Below, piece by piece: positions 61,468-62,378 of a stretch of DNA of 62,378 bases. Under the pieces are notes generated by a model that saw only the letters and a list, made by a program, of their open reading frames with translations, was not told the origin of the DNA and searched no databases. The stretch is from an uncultured Bacilli bacterium (GTDB lineage: Bacteria > Bacillota_I > Bacilli_A > RF39 > UBA660). How positions within the stretch are numbered: the first letter of the stretch is position 1; the number at the start of each line of letters is the position of its first letter. The stretch is taken from the NCBI GenBank assembly GCA_944359085.1, contig CALVSQ010000001.1, positions 1 through 62,378 on the forward strand, given 5' to 3'. The position numbers were made by a program, and so were the translations under genes.

Positions 61468-61767
61468 ATGAGTAAAAAAGATGAAAAAAATACTAAAAAA
61501 GTAAGTACATCAAAAAAAGAAGAAAAAGTTTCAAAAAAAGACAAAATTTCAAAAAAAACTAAAAACACAAAAAAGGTAAAAAAAGAAAAAGTTAAAAAAG
61601 AATTATTTTTAACAGGTGTAAAAAAGGAAATGGGCAAAGTTCGTTGGCCATTAAAAAAAGAAATGATTAAATATTCTATTGCAACCTTATCATTTATAAT
61701 TTTCTTTGGTATATTCTTTACTTTAGGTGATTTAATTATCGCAGGATTGAAAATGTTGGTGGGATAA
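61468..61767 (+). CDS. secE: preprotein translocase subunit SecE with a Lys-rich N-terminal extension
   Basis: C-terminal GKVRWPLKKEMIKYSIATLSFIIFFGIFF is the SecE core. Strong RBS AGAGGTGA before ATG 61468. Confidence 0.8.
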   Translation: MSKKDEKNTKKVSTSKKEEKVSKKDKISKKTKNTKKVKKEKVKKELFLTGVKKEMGKVRWPLKKEMIKYSIATLSFIIFFGIFFTLGDLIIAGLKMLVG

Positions 61768-62300
61768 TGGAAAAAGAATGGTATGTAGTAAACACCTATT
61801 CAGGTCATGAAAGTAAAGTAAAAGAAAAATTAGAGATGCGTGCTTCTAGTATGGGACTTGAAGATTATATCTTTAGAGTAGTAGTTCCAGAGCAAACAGA
61901 AGTAGAATATAAAGATGGGGTTAAAAAAGAAAAAGTTAAAAAAATGTTTCCAGGTTATATATTAGTTGAAATGATTATGACTGATGAAGCTTGGTTTGTT
62001 GTAAGAAATACACCAGGTGTAACTGGATTTATTGGAAGTAGTGGTAAAGGAGCTAAACCTTTCCCATTAACACCAGCCGAAGTTGATAAAATATTAGGTT
62101 CAATGGGAATGAGTAGATTAGATATAGCTAACGAATTACAAATTGGTGACCAAGTTAAAGTAGTTGATGGTCCATTTGCTAATATGTATGGTAAAGTTAC
62201 AAGTATCAACTTTGAAAAACAACAAGTTGAAGTTGCTTTAGACTTATTTGGACAAGAAACTAATGTTGAATTAGAATTAACGCAAATTTCTAAAGCATAA
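61767..62300 (+). CDS. nusG: transcription termination/antitermination protein NusG
   Basis: WYVVNTYSGHE NGN domain, KOW motif GDQVKVVDGPFANMYGKV. ATAATG overlap with secE. Confidence 0.95.
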   Translation: MEKEWYVVNTYSGHESKVKEKLEMRASSMGLEDYIFRVVVPEQTEVEYKDGVKKEKVKKMFPGYILVEMIMTDEAWFVVRNTPGVTGFIGSSGKGAKPFPLTPAEVDKILGSMGMSRLDIANELQIGDQVKVVDGPFANMYGKVTSINFEKQQVEVALDLFGQETNVELELTQISKA

Positions 62301-62378
62301 CTATGTCAATAATTTTTGATTAATTCCTAAAAATAAATTAAAATAATTTCTTGATTAGTTCCTTTTTCTTTTGGAAAT

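Noticed and set aside
62316-62363. Direct repeat TTGATTA(A/G)TTCCT x2 downstream of nusG
   Set aside because: It is real (12/13 identical, 35 nt apart) but lies at the window edge in the expected rplK leader region, so there is not enough context to interpret it.

Overview
This is a very AT-rich chromosome segment (by eye about three quarters A+T) from a low-GC Firmicutes-type bacterium. It reads with the standard code 11: TGA, TAG and TAA each end well-conserved genes at the expected length. I count about 75 credible protein genes and five single tRNA genes. The backbone comprises a KH protein, cdsA, rseP, a NatAB-like ABC exporter, PadR with a DUF1700-like partner, DUF3048, HD proteins, an O-antigen-ligase-like protein, spoVS, cysK-sufU-sufB, ssb, mreCD, rplS, lepB, argS, an OmpR/HK pair, acpS, rbgA-mrnC-rlmB-sigH and secE-nusG. 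Six blocks of accessory DNA are interleaved. (1) Small unknown ORFs and a decayed Phd/RelE-type TA locus follow tRNA-Leu. (2) A ~9.9 kb island lies between convergent tRNA-Thr(GGU) and tRNA-Gly(UCC). It holds two paralogous 'small ORF + large serine recombinase' modules, a MobV relaxase, three membrane-protein cargo genes, an orphan restriction-endonuclease-like gene and a non-coding motif array. (3) A ~4.07 kb recombinase-less four-gene operon (P-loop kinase, GT-B glycosyltransferase, unknown ~458-aa protein, CYTH-like protein) is inserted into the 3' end of spoVS and bracketed by a 115-nt direct repeat of that gene end. This is my top candidate for an undescribed system. (4) A dlt-like carrier-protein/MBOAT envelope-modification operon also encodes a PLP-dependent decarboxylase. 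(5) A ~4.5 kb phage-like block carries a dTMP kinase, a UDG-family gene, a MazG-like gene with an in-frame stop, a third serine recombinase and a compact OLD-family ATPase-nuclease. (6) A ~6.9 kb CotH/VTC/DUF4956 block splits the sigH-secE-nusG neighbourhood. I saw no rRNA, CRISPR array or transposase-type IS. All functional calls rest on motif recognition by eye, because no database search was possible.
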